From contig JBHLNF010000008.1 of assembly GCA_048937405.1 (NCBI GenBank), positions 116,725-180,724 of the forward strand: 64,000 nucleotides of DNA, in the 5' to 3' direction. The position numbers and the translations under genes are program-made. This DNA comes from Promethearchaeota archaeon (GTDB lineage: Archaea > Asgardarchaeota > Lokiarchaeia > Sigyniarchaeales > SOKP01). A model generated the notes under the pieces. The model was not told the origin of the DNA. It made no database searches and worked only from the letters and a program-made list of their open reading frames with translations. Positions 8,940 to 17,677 of this stretch are shown here, one piece after another (position 1 is the stretch's first letter; each line of letters opens with the position of its first letter).

Positions 8940-9611
8940 ATGAACAAGAAAATTTTACGATTGTTCATTATATTCTTCTTTGTTTTTGCAACTATAGGAA
9001 CTGTTAGTGCTTGGCCTGGTTATATGTCAGAATGGGAAGAAACTGATCATGGATCTTGTCATGCGGGAACCTATACTGAGTCTACAGGTACACTATCTGC
9101 AACAATTACTCCTGTAAATACCACAACTGTTACACTCGATCCTGGAACTACCTTTAATGTTACCCTTGATATTACAGGATTTACTGCGGCAGCAAATATG
9201 AGCGTTTTAGTTGGTATATCCGCTAGAATTAGTGATAATCACGATTTCTTTTTTGGTGTTCATAATGATAGTGGAGAGCTTGGAGCAACTGCCTTTGCGG
9301 TTGAATTAGACGCCTCTGGAAATGCTGATAACACAGTAACTATTATTGCATTCGCTCCCACTACTGGTGGTTCTCATACATTAACAATTGTAGCTGTTGA
9401 AGGAGGAGAATCATACGCTACATCTCATGAATTTAATTACATTAAAACTGAAATAACAGTTACAGTTAAATCTACGGGTGGAGGGAGTATTCCAGGATAT
9501 AGTATATTCTTCATTAGTTCTATTGGAGTTATGACTACTATTCCTATAGTGTTAATTACCCTTCGTAAAAGAAAAAATCATAAGGAGTTGAATTCAATTG
9601 AAGAAGAATAA
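8940..9611 (+). CDS. exported, C-terminally anchored beta-rich protein with single-Cys H-x-x-C-H motif; putative atypical c-type cytochrome
   Basis: Signal peptide (..TVSA/WP), DHGSCHAG (only Cys in the protein), SDNHDF, SIPGY plus TM helix and RKRK tail; upstream of ccmC. Confidence 0.6.
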   Translation: MNKKILRLFIIFFFVFATIGTVSAWPGYMSEWEETDHGSCHAGTYTESTGTLSATITPVNTTTVTLDPGTTFNVTLDITGFTAAANMSVLVGISARISDNHDFFFGVHNDSGELGATAFAVELDASGNADNTVTIIAFAPTTGGSHTLTIVAVEGGESYATSHEFNYIKTEITVTVKSTGGGSIPGYSIFFISSIGVMTTIPIVLITLRKRKNHKELNSIEEE

Positions 9612-10272
9612 AATGATTGTGTTAGCTGTAATTACTACCATGATATTTGGTGTTGTAGGTTATGTAGTTGCTCATCCCTCAGAAATTGTAGATTATACGG
9701 GAGCAGATCATGTTTCAACTGGATGTCATGGTACAAATGGTGTTGCTTCTAGCGGAACTCTTCAAGTATCAACCTCAACTTCTGGTAAGTTGATTACCCT
9801 TACTGTTACAATACAAGGATTTACAGATGCACTTCCGACTAGTAATAATAGATCTGGGACATTTTCTATTGGAATTCCTTATAATCTTGGAGATAATAGG
9901 GAATTTGGGCTAGGTATGACGCAAAATACTGTTAATGGCGAGGCTAATTATTGGGGAATCGGTATATGGGACGTTGAATTAGATTCAAATGGAAATACAG
10001 TTAATCCCTTGAGATTTAGAGTGCTAGCTCCTGAAACTGATGGAACATATGATTTAATTGTTGCTGTTATAAATGGAGTAAATTCAGAGGGAGATTACGA
10101 AAGTATTATTTATATGCACAAAATAATATCTGTTGCAGTAACAGGTGGAAGCATAACAATAGCTTCTCTAACTATGATCTTTCCTCTAAATAATATATTT
10201 CTTTATGCAACTTTTGGATTATTTAGTACTGGGATGATAATTTTCGTGTTTAAGCGTAGAAAAATTAGATAA
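9598..10272 (+). CDS. exported, C-terminally anchored protein with single-Cys H-x4-C-H motif; paralogue of 8940..9611
   Basis: Signal peptide, DHVSTGCHG (only Cys), GDNREF, shared VELD.SGN/SNGN and AP..GG/DG; C-terminal TM plus KRRK. Confidence 0.6.
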   Translation: MKKNKMIVLAVITTMIFGVVGYVVAHPSEIVDYTGADHVSTGCHGTNGVASSGTLQVSTSTSGKLITLTVTIQGFTDALPTSNNRSGTFSIGIPYNLGDNREFGLGMTQNTVNGEANYWGIGIWDVELDSNGNTVNPLRFRVLAPETDGTYDLIVAVINGVNSEGDYESIIYMHKIISVAVTGGSITIASLTMIFPLNNIFLYATFGLFSTGMIIFVFKRRKIR

Positions 10273-10351
10273 AATTAATTAAGTCCAACTATAACAATCA
10301 ATTTTTTTTTTATAAACCTTAAAATTTTAAATGAAAAAACAAATTTTTTAA

Positions 10352-11158
10352 ATGTCTGTTAAAAAATTGCAGGAACGATCTAATTCGAATTTAAAGAGCA
10401 TAATGATACGAAATAAAAAAGATCAATTGGATCTATTGAAAATCGTTAAAGATCATTTATTATTAACAATTTCACTTATGATATTAATTATTAATTTATT
10501 ATTAATTTTAATTTTAACATCAAATAATCTAATTATTTGGAGTTCACCTAATCGAATTGTCTATATTATTTTTTTTTACCATGTATCCGGAGCATGGCTT
10601 TCATATTTCTCCTTTGGAATTAGTTTGATTTTTCATATTCTATTCATAAAGTCTCGTAAAAATATTTGGTTTTACTTTGGTAAAAATAGCATACTAGTTG
10701 GAGTATTTTTTTCTGGATTTACTCTTATAACAGGTTCGCTCTGGTTCAATGCTACATCGGGAGATTATAATAATATTTTTTGGGTATGGGGTGATGCTCG
10801 ACAGACTACAACATTAATATTATTCCTTTCCTATTTATCTTATTTGGTATTTGCTAAAATGATTGAAGATAGGGAAAAAAAGGCTAAATTAACAGCACTA
10901 TTAGGTATTGTGCTATTTCCAACAGTTCCATTAAGTTACATTTCAACAATAGTTTTTACAAGTTTACATCCTTTAATTAACCCAACTCCTGGTGAACCTG
11001 GAAATATTTACTGGGATCCTCTGAAATTATTTATGTTATTTTTCAATTTAATTGCAATGACCATATTATTTGTGTATATTATAAAAGAACTAACTTATTT
11101 AGATAAAAAAAAAGAGGAATTGGATAAAATTAGACAAATTCGTTTATTGAGGGATTAA
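10352..11158 (+). CDS. ccmC: cytochrome c maturation haem-handling protein CcmC
   Basis: IFFYHVSGAW, LITGSLW, FWVWGDARQTT (WWD variant) and SLHP; both conserved His present. Confidence 0.88.
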   Translation: MSVKKLQERSNSNLKSIMIRNKKDQLDLLKIVKDHLLLTISLMILIINLLLILILTSNNLIIWSSPNRIVYIIFFYHVSGAWLSYFSFGISLIFHILFIKSRKNIWFYFGKNSILVGVFFSGFTLITGSLWFNATSGDYNNIFWVWGDARQTTTLILFLSYLSYLVFAKMIEDREKKAKLTALLGIVLFPTVPLSYISTIVFTSLHPLINPTPGEPGNIYWDPLKLFMLFFNLIAMTILFVYIIKELTYLDKKKEELDKIRQIRLLRD

Positions 11159-11164
11159 TTAAAG

Positions 11165-11311
11165 ATGTCAATAGAGTATCTGGACCAAGATTTACTAACA
11201 ATAATTATAAGTTATTTGTTATTCTGGGCTATTTTAATCATCCTAATTTTATATCCAAAACTAAAGTTAAAAAAAGTTTTAAAAAGTATTAAAAGTTTAG
11301 AAAACTCATAA
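11165..11311 (+). CDS. ccmD: CcmD-like small single-TM protein (48 aa)
   Basis: Hand translation MSIEYLDQDLLTIIISYLLFWAILIILILYPKLKLKKVLKSIKSLENS*; SY-led TM plus basic tail, located between ccmC and ccmE; below the ORF-track cutoff. Confidence 0.75.
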   Translation: MSIEYLDQDLLTIIISYLLFWAILIILILYPKLKLKKVLKSIKSLENS

Positions 11312-11325
11312 AATAGGTGTGAAAT

Positions 11326-11664
11326 GTGAAAAAATCTAGAATCATAGCAATTATAGGAGTTGTTGTTTCGATTGGTGTTATAATTGCATTATTATCTATA
11401 AATACACGTCCTTACCTCAAAGTATCTCAAGTTGTATCACATTCCACTCGTTATGATAATAAAGAAATTCAAGTTATTGGTATAGTTGAAGGGTATGTTT
11501 CCAGTGATTTTAATTTAACTGAGGGTGAACATAGTATCTTTATTGATCTTAGTAGCATTTCTCCACCTAGTACACTAAAAAATGGTATTGAAGTTGTTGT
11601 AATTGGAATGTTTAGTTCTAACTTAATTTTAGTAGCTGAACAGATTCTTACTCAATGTAGTTAG
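11326..11664 (+). CDS. ccmE: haem chaperone CcmE, Cys-type, truncated immediately after the haem-binding Cys
   Basis: N-terminal TM, PYLKVSQ, IQVIGIV, GIEVVVIG and AEQILTQCS*. Confidence 0.85.
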   Translation: MKKSRIIAIIGVVVSIGVIIALLSINTRPYLKVSQVVSHSTRYDNKEIQVIGIVEGYVSSDFNLTEGEHSIFIDLSSISPPSTLKNGIEVVVIGMFSSNLILVAEQILTQCS

Positions 11665-11669
11665 AAAAT

Positions 11670-12395
11670 TTAGTCATATAAAAGTAAATGAGAAATTAAA
11701 GTTAAGATTGAGATCATAAGAATTATATGAGCAAACAAAAATCCTATTTCATAAATTAGATCATGTACTAATACTCCTTGTAATAATTTTATATTTAATG
11801 AAATTATTGGAGTTGTTATAGGGATAATTAAAGGGAATAGTATAATTGGTAAGATAAATGACTTGTTTTTAGCATACATTGATAAAGCTGAAACCAGACT
11901 TCCACTTATAGATAAATCAAAAGTAGGCAAAATGATTCCTAAAATGATGTAGGTCAATACTTGAATAGAACTTATTCTACCTATTAATGGTGCAGATAAA
12001 AAGAAACTAAAAAGATATAGAATAATCTCTATTAAAGTCATTAAAATTAAACAATATATAGTTTTACTGAAAAGAATTATATTTGGAAAGATTGGAGATG
12101 AAATTAGACCATTTATCGTACCCGATTCCTTTTCTTTGATGAATAATTTTGCCATAATATAGATAAGAGTAAAAAAAATAATTAACCAAATTTGAATTAC
12201 AAAAATCTCTAAAGGCATATTTTGATATTGAGTTCCAAAATTATAAACTGATGAGAATATGAATATTGAGATAATATCAAAAAGAATTACAGCAAATAAA
12301 TCATTCAATTGCCGAACTTCAGATTTAATATCTTTTATTAGTATTGTTTTAAATTGTTTTAATTTTAATTTTAATGATATATCTTCTGTTTTCAA
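11670..12395 (-). CDS. ccmB: CcmB ABC permease
   Basis: KDIKSEVR, KEKESGTINGL.SP and ILPIILFPLIIP; six TM helices; next to ccmA. Confidence 0.88.
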   Translation of the reverse strand: MKTEDISLKLKLKQFKTILIKDIKSEVRQLNDLFAVILFDIISIFIFSSVYNFGTQYQNMPLEIFVIQIWLIIFFTLIYIMAKLFIKEKESGTINGLISSPIFPNIILFSKTIYCLILMTLIEIILYLFSFFLSAPLIGRISSIQVLTYIILGIILPTFDLSISGSLVSALSMYAKNKSFILPIILFPLIIPITTPIISLNIKLLQGVLVHDLIYEIGFLFAHIILMISILTLISHLLLYD

Positions 12396-12407
12396 AAAAA
12401 CACCCTT

Positions 12408-13115
12408 TTAAAATAATGATTCAATTTCATCAAATTCTTCATCTGTAATCCTTCTTTCGATTTTACCTTTTTTTAGAATAATCAAATCATTACATAATTG
12501 TTGAAATAAGTCTGTTTTATGGGTCGTAAGAATTATTGTAACATTATTTTTTTGATTCATTTCTCTGATAAATTTAATTAGCCTATCTGTTGCTACATAA
12601 TCTAAACCAGAAAAGGGTTCATCTAAAAATAATATTGAGGGACTATGGATGATAGATCTTATCAATTCTACCTTTTGTTTCATTCCATGGGATAGAGTTC
12701 TTACAGGTTCATTAATCCAATCTGTAAGATCAAATCTTTCGACTAATTTGTTAATTTTCCGCTTAATATTTCCTTTTTCAAAAATTAAATGTAAGTTACA
12801 ATAGAATTTTAAATTCTCATAAACAGTTAATTCATCATATAGAAAAGATTCATCAGTAGTTATTCCAATATTCTGATATATAATTCTTGAATGATCTTTA
12901 TAATTCATTCCCCCTATTTCAACATTTCCAAAAGTAGGTTTAATCAATCCTGACAATATTTTAATAAGGGTTGTCTTACCCGCTCCATTCGCTCCAGCTA
13001 TCCCAAATATTCTACAATTTTTAATATTAAAAGAATTATTTTTGAGGGCAAAAAAATATCCATATTGTTTTGAAATGTTATTACAAATTATTAAATTATT
13101 ATCGGATTCAACCAT
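12408..13115 (-). CDS. ccmA: CcmA ABC ATPase
   Basis: GANGAGKTT, LSHGMKQK and LFLDEPFSGLD; located between ccmF and ccmB. Confidence 0.85.
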   Translation of the reverse strand: MVESDNNLIICNNISKQYGYFFALKNNSFNIKNCRIFGIAGANGAGKTTLIKILSGLIKPTFGNVEIGGMNYKDHSRIIYQNIGITTDESFLYDELTVYENLKFYCNLHLIFEKGNIKRKINKLVERFDLTDWINEPVRTLSHGMKQKVELIRSIIHSPSILFLDEPFSGLDYVATDRLIKFIREMNQKNNVTIILTTHKTDLFQQLCNDLIILKKGKIERRITDEEFDEIESLF

Positions 13116-13301
13116 AATCTGAATAATATATATTATGAAAATTAAAAATTACAATAATTTGAAGGAATTAAAAGAAAAAAATAATTGCTATTTAATTTAT
13201 CTTATCGAATTTAATTTTCTTTTTATTAATTTAAATAGGATGGAAATTTCATTAGTTGTTATAATCTATAAACCATCTAAATAAAATTTATGAATTTAAA
13301 C

Positions 13302-14993
13302 TCAATTTTTGTTGAAAAAGGTCGTTAATATTGAAGGAATTATCCCACTCAATAGAAAAATAAAGCCTGTGATAAAAAAAATATCTTGAAAAATCCAAAA
13401 ATTCTTACTTATTAAAAATCCTATTAATATAAATGAGATTCCAGTATGAATTATTGTTTTAGAATTTACCTTGAAAAAATGTTTGATTCCTTTCTTAAAC
13501 TTTAAATTTGTTATAATAGACCAAAAAGATACTATTACTGCTATATAAAATATTGCTATAGCTGGATTAATCCAAATATCAAGAAAAATTAATCCTATGA
13601 CTGAGAATATTGATTGAATAATAAAGACTATAATTATCAAAGATATTATTAATTTTATCTCAATTTTTTCATAAATAATACAAAAGATTAATGATAAAGA
13701 CAAACAAATAGCTAATATTAATGTAGTTAATATAAAATAATCTGTTCCTATATATATTATGTTTATGGGAAAAAATTCTGATAGCAATATTGTTAAAGGT
13801 GTAACAAAAAGCCCGAATATGCATACAAAAGATAAGCTAAATAAAAATATGTAACTTAAGTAATTAAAGAGAAGCTTTATTGTTCTATAATCCTGTAATA
13901 TATAATCAAGAATAATATATATTACGTAGAGAGAAAATATTATTAAAATTAATCCAATTATAGTCAACCAGATAATTAATTCAGTTTCTCCAACATAAGA
14001 ATGAAGTGGAGATATTCCTGCTCTTGTAATTAGTGTAGAAAAAATAATAGCAACAAAGATTAATCCTAGATTTATTTTCACTAGATTTGGATTTTTCTTT
14101 TGAAAAGTCATAGTATGAAAGTAAGCAGTAATGAAAAACCATGGAATGAGAGATACTGTTTCAACCTGATCCCAACCCCAATATCTACCCCAGTTCAGTG
14201 CAATCTTAGCCCAATATGCACCCAATCCAATACCTAAAGTAAGAATTAACCAACCAAACTTTAAAGTAAATTTATAAAAATTTTGTTGAAATGATCCTAA
14301 AAGAGTTGTATTTTTTGTTAAAGTTTCTGCAATCACAATTGTAAATGGAATTAGAAAAATCGCATATGCAATAAATGTAAAAAACGGATGCCAAATCATA
14401 AATGGAGATATTAAAAGTGGATTTAAGCCTAATCCATCAGAAGGAGACGATGATTGGAGTTCAAAAGGATTTAGATAAAATAATATTATAAAAAAAATGG
14501 ATGAAACTATTGATGATATTGTTACAGATCGAATGAAGACAATATCTTTTTTGTTTTTATTTCCCATTCTAAATAGAGTGATCATTATTGCATTAAATAA
14601 CATCCATGTCATGATGGATCCTTCTTCACCGGCCCAAATAGCAACAATTTTATAAATTATAGGAAGTGAATTATTGCTAAAACTCCACACATATATAATT
14701 TTGTAGATGTTATTTAGAAAACTGTAAACCATAATTAAAAATAGAATCACCGATAAACTCATAGATAAAATTGATAAAAAATAAGTATTTTGTTTTTTAA
14801 CAATTAATAGAATAAGATCCAGAATCATGATTATAATTAGAAAAATGATTAAAAAGTTGCCTAGAAAGGATATAAAAATAATTCTATAACTTAATTCTAT
14901 TAAATCTAATACTAAAGGAATTATTAATATAAAGATAAGAATTAAGCTGAAATTAATAATAACCATCTTTTTTATCGACATATTAGTAGACAT
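13302..14993 (-). CDS. ccmF: cytochrome c synthetase CcmF (compact, lacking the large C-terminal extracytoplasmic domain)
   Basis: WAGEEGS, GLGLNPLL..P.M.WHP, LGAYWA...LNWGRYWGWDQVETVSLIPW, LHSY and IHTG. Confidence 0.92.
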   Translation of the reverse strand: MSTNMSIKKMVIINFSLILIFILIIPLVLDLIELSYRIIFISFLGNFLIIFLIIIMILDLILLIVKKQNTYFLSILSMSLSVILFLIMVYSFLNNIYKIIYVWSFSNNSLPIIYKIVAIWAGEEGSIMTWMLFNAIMITLFRMGNKNKKDIVFIRSVTISSIVSSIFFIILFYLNPFELQSSSPSDGLGLNPLLISPFMIWHPFFTFIAYAIFLIPFTIVIAETLTKNTTLLGSFQQNFYKFTLKFGWLILTLGIGLGAYWAKIALNWGRYWGWDQVETVSLIPWFFITAYFHTMTFQKKNPNLVKINLGLIFVAIIFSTLITRAGISPLHSYVGETELIIWLTIIGLILIIFSLYVIYIILDYILQDYRTIKLLFNYLSYIFLFSLSFVCIFGLFVTPLTILLSEFFPINIIYIGTDYFILTTLILAICLSLSLIFCIIYEKIEIKLIISLIIIVFIIQSIFSVIGLIFLDIWINPAIAIFYIAVIVSFWSIITNLKFKKGIKHFFKVNSKTIIHTGISFILIGFLISKNFWIFQDIFFITGFIFLLSGIIPSILTTFFNKN

Positions 14994-15185
14994 TAAAAAA
15001 ACACCTAGAATGTATTATTTAAGAATTTTAATAAAGATTTTTAAAATTAAAACATAATTGCATAATTTAGGTGCAATTTTTGCTATAATTCTTTAAAAAA
15101 ATCTTTATTTTTAAAATATATAAACAAGATATAAAAAACAATGCTCATAGATTAATAATACTTTAGCTTGAGTAAATGATAAATC

Positions 15186-16058
15186 ATGAAAAAGAAAATT
15201 TTTTACTTTTTTACTAGTATTATAGTGTTGATGACTTTCTCACTTTTTATCTTCGGAAGCGCGAGGCCTCCATTTGGAGATACTCATTCTGAGAGTGGAT
15301 GTCATGGATCATCGGGGGGTTATACAATTTCGTATACTACTCCTGTAAGAAGTCTTATAAATAATACTCCTTATTTTATTTTTAACATTTCTGCTAGTGG
15401 ACCTGATTTATTTGTACAAGCTTATCCTGGTGCGAAAGATAATGACAATTTTGGTATTATGCCTTCAAATAATAAAATAGTAGACGATTCGGAAAATGAT
15501 TTAAATCCAAATCACGATGCAATGAATATCATTTTCAATGTGACACCAACTGTAGAGCAAAAATCTTATACATTGTTCATAATTGCAGGTAATAATATAA
15601 CTGGGGGTCGACAATTCGCTTATGTTGAAATTATAATTGGAATTCCACCTGGATTTGATTTATCTTCTGTGATGCTCGATCATTTAGGTTTATATTTAGG
15701 ATTACCAGCCTTGTTATTAGTTTCGATTGCAACTATCCTAGTTTTGGTAAATGAAAATAAATTTGTAAAAGTTCATGGAATACTCGCTGGTGGTGCATGG
15801 ATTTTAACAATCATTAATGTTATTGTTGCTGTAATAAAAATACCTAGAGGAGCTTGGCTTGGGGGTTATAATTTAATTTATCATCTTCCTCATATAATTC
15901 TTGGCTCGATTGGTTTGGTTACTGGTTTTTTAAGTATGTTATTTGGAATTGCGGCAGAGAGAAGACCAGCAAAAATCACAGGATATATTACTTTACTCTG
16001 TTGGTGGGGTGCTTTCTTTTTAGGTTATTTTCTAAACTCTAATTTACTTTTAATTTGA
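15186..16058 (+). CDS. exported single-Cys H-x4-C-H domain fused to a 4-TM His-containing cytochrome-b(561)-like domain
   Basis: Signal peptide, DTHSESGCHG and KDNDNF; C-terminal TMs with LDHLG, KVHGILAGG and YHLPHIILG. Confidence 0.6.
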   Translation: MKKKIFYFFTSIIVLMTFSLFIFGSARPPFGDTHSESGCHGSSGGYTISYTTPVRSLINNTPYFIFNISASGPDLFVQAYPGAKDNDNFGIMPSNNKIVDDSENDLNPNHDAMNIIFNVTPTVEQKSYTLFIIAGNNITGGRQFAYVEIIIGIPPGFDLSSVMLDHLGLYLGLPALLLVSIATILVLVNENKFVKVHGILAGGAWILTIINVIVAVIKIPRGAWLGGYNLIYHLPHIILGSIGLVTGFLSMLFGIAAERRPAKITGYITLLCWWGAFFLGYFLNSNLLLI

Positions 16059-16080
16059 TAATATTAAGTGATATCTCAAG

Positions 16081-17574
16081 ATGGGTCAATCTAAAAATAA
16101 TTCGAAAAATAATTATAGGAAAAGTGAAGAAAAGGATCTTGAAAATCAATTTTTAGAATTTATATCTCCTTATCATGTAAGCACAAATCCTTTTGAACTT
16201 GAATCTGCTTCAGCAGATCTTACTTCTCTACCTGCCTACCATTATAAATTCAAAAAGAAATATTTAGCTAGTTATGTTATCCGTCCAGCCAACATTAATG
16301 AACTATCATTAGCTATAAAAAAGTGTAGAGATCTCCATATTCCCGTAACAATTCGAGCTGCTGGAACATCATGTTTTTCTTCAGCAACACCTTCAATGGG
16401 AGGTGTAATTATAGATATACGTAGATTAAACAAAGTCCATGAAATAAATCAAGAAAAAATGACGGTAAAAGTAGGAAGTGGAATATCTTGGCTAAATTTA
16501 ATAGAAGCATTATCTGATTATGGACTTGAACCAAAAACTTTCCCAACTAGTTTTAAAACTTCATGTGTAGGAGGCTTTATTGCAACTCCAGGTAAAGCTG
16601 GTATTGGTGTATTGAAATATGGAACAATGGAATCCACAATTATTTCTGTAGATCTAGTTAAGCCAGATGGCACTGTAATCAAAATTTCGAGAGATTCTAA
16701 TCAAGAAATAAGTATTAGTGATTTTGTAGGTACATATGGTATCTTTGGAGCAATAGCAAATGTTGAATTATCTATTACTACCCTAAAAACTTCATTAGAG
16801 ATAATAGGTTATGGATTTAACTCAATTGAGCAAGCAATAAATTTTTATTTATTAATAAAAGAGGATTTACCCAATAAACCATTATTTCTTTCAATTTCAG
16901 AAAGAAATTTTGAAAAATATTCACATGTTGCTTTTCCAAAAGAGGAATGGATCGTTTGGGCGGTATATTATGATGAACCTGAACTAACTTCAAAAAGTAT
17001 ATCAGATGTTAAACACCAAGCATCCAAGTTAAATTGTGTAGAAATTGAGAGTTCTTATTTAAAAGAAAAGTGGCGTGATATTAGTGATGCTGAAGTATCG
17101 ATAGGATCTTCGACAAGGAACCTCATTTTCCAAGAATATTGGATCTCTGATAAGAGATTAAAAAAGTTTATAGGAATATATGTTAAAAAAGTTAAGAGTT
17201 ATAAATTTCCTACAGCTTCATACGCAATTTCCGGAGAAAAAGGTTGGACAAGAGTGAAAATTTTTGGTTTAACAGATATCGATAGAACTATAGAATTTTT
17301 CGCAGTTAAAGCTTTCTTACATGATTTAACTATTCAAGCCTTCAGTCAAGAAGATAGACTATATACTATTGGCATTGTCAATACATTTTACTTATTAAAG
17401 TATAAAGCAGAAGAAGTAAAGAAATGGAAGATTCTTAAGGAAAAATTAGATCCTAAACACTTATTCAATTCATATAGATTAACTAATGCGAGAATGAAAT
17501 TTTGGAGAGTATCATTACTTTTTAACATGGCAAAGCTATTGTATAAGATATTTAAAATAAAACGCTCTAAATAA
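16081..17574 (+). CDS. FAD-linked oxidoreductase, GlcD/D-lactate dehydrogenase family
   Basis: VIRP, TIRAAGTS, GGVIID, SCVGGFIAT, GTYGIFGAI and LDPKHLFN. Confidence 0.88.
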   Translation: MGQSKNNSKNNYRKSEEKDLENQFLEFISPYHVSTNPFELESASADLTSLPAYHYKFKKKYLASYVIRPANINELSLAIKKCRDLHIPVTIRAAGTSCFSSATPSMGGVIIDIRRLNKVHEINQEKMTVKVGSGISWLNLIEALSDYGLEPKTFPTSFKTSCVGGFIATPGKAGIGVLKYGTMESTIISVDLVKPDGTVIKISRDSNQEISISDFVGTYGIFGAIANVELSITTLKTSLEIIGYGFNSIEQAINFYLLIKEDLPNKPLFLSISERNFEKYSHVAFPKEEWIVWAVYYDEPELTSKSISDVKHQASKLNCVEIESSYLKEKWRDISDAEVSIGSSTRNLIFQEYWISDKRLKKFIGIYVKKVKSYKFPTASYAISGEKGWTRVKIFGLTDIDRTIEFFAVKAFLHDLTIQAFSQEDRLYTIGIVNTFYLLKYKAEEVKKWKILKEKLDPKHLFNSYRLTNARMKFWRVSLLFNMAKLLYKIFKIKRSK

Positions 17575-17677
17575 TAAAACAAAATCAACATAAAAATGAA
17601 TAATATATAACGATCATATTTAATAAAAATTAATTATATTTTCAATAAGAAAACAATTAAAAAAGAGATAATGCTGA

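Noticed and set aside
11662-11673. Amber read-through (pyrrolysine) of the ccmE TAG
   Set aside because: Read-through would add only K-I before a second TAG, gives no Tyr, and there is no Pyl evidence in the window.
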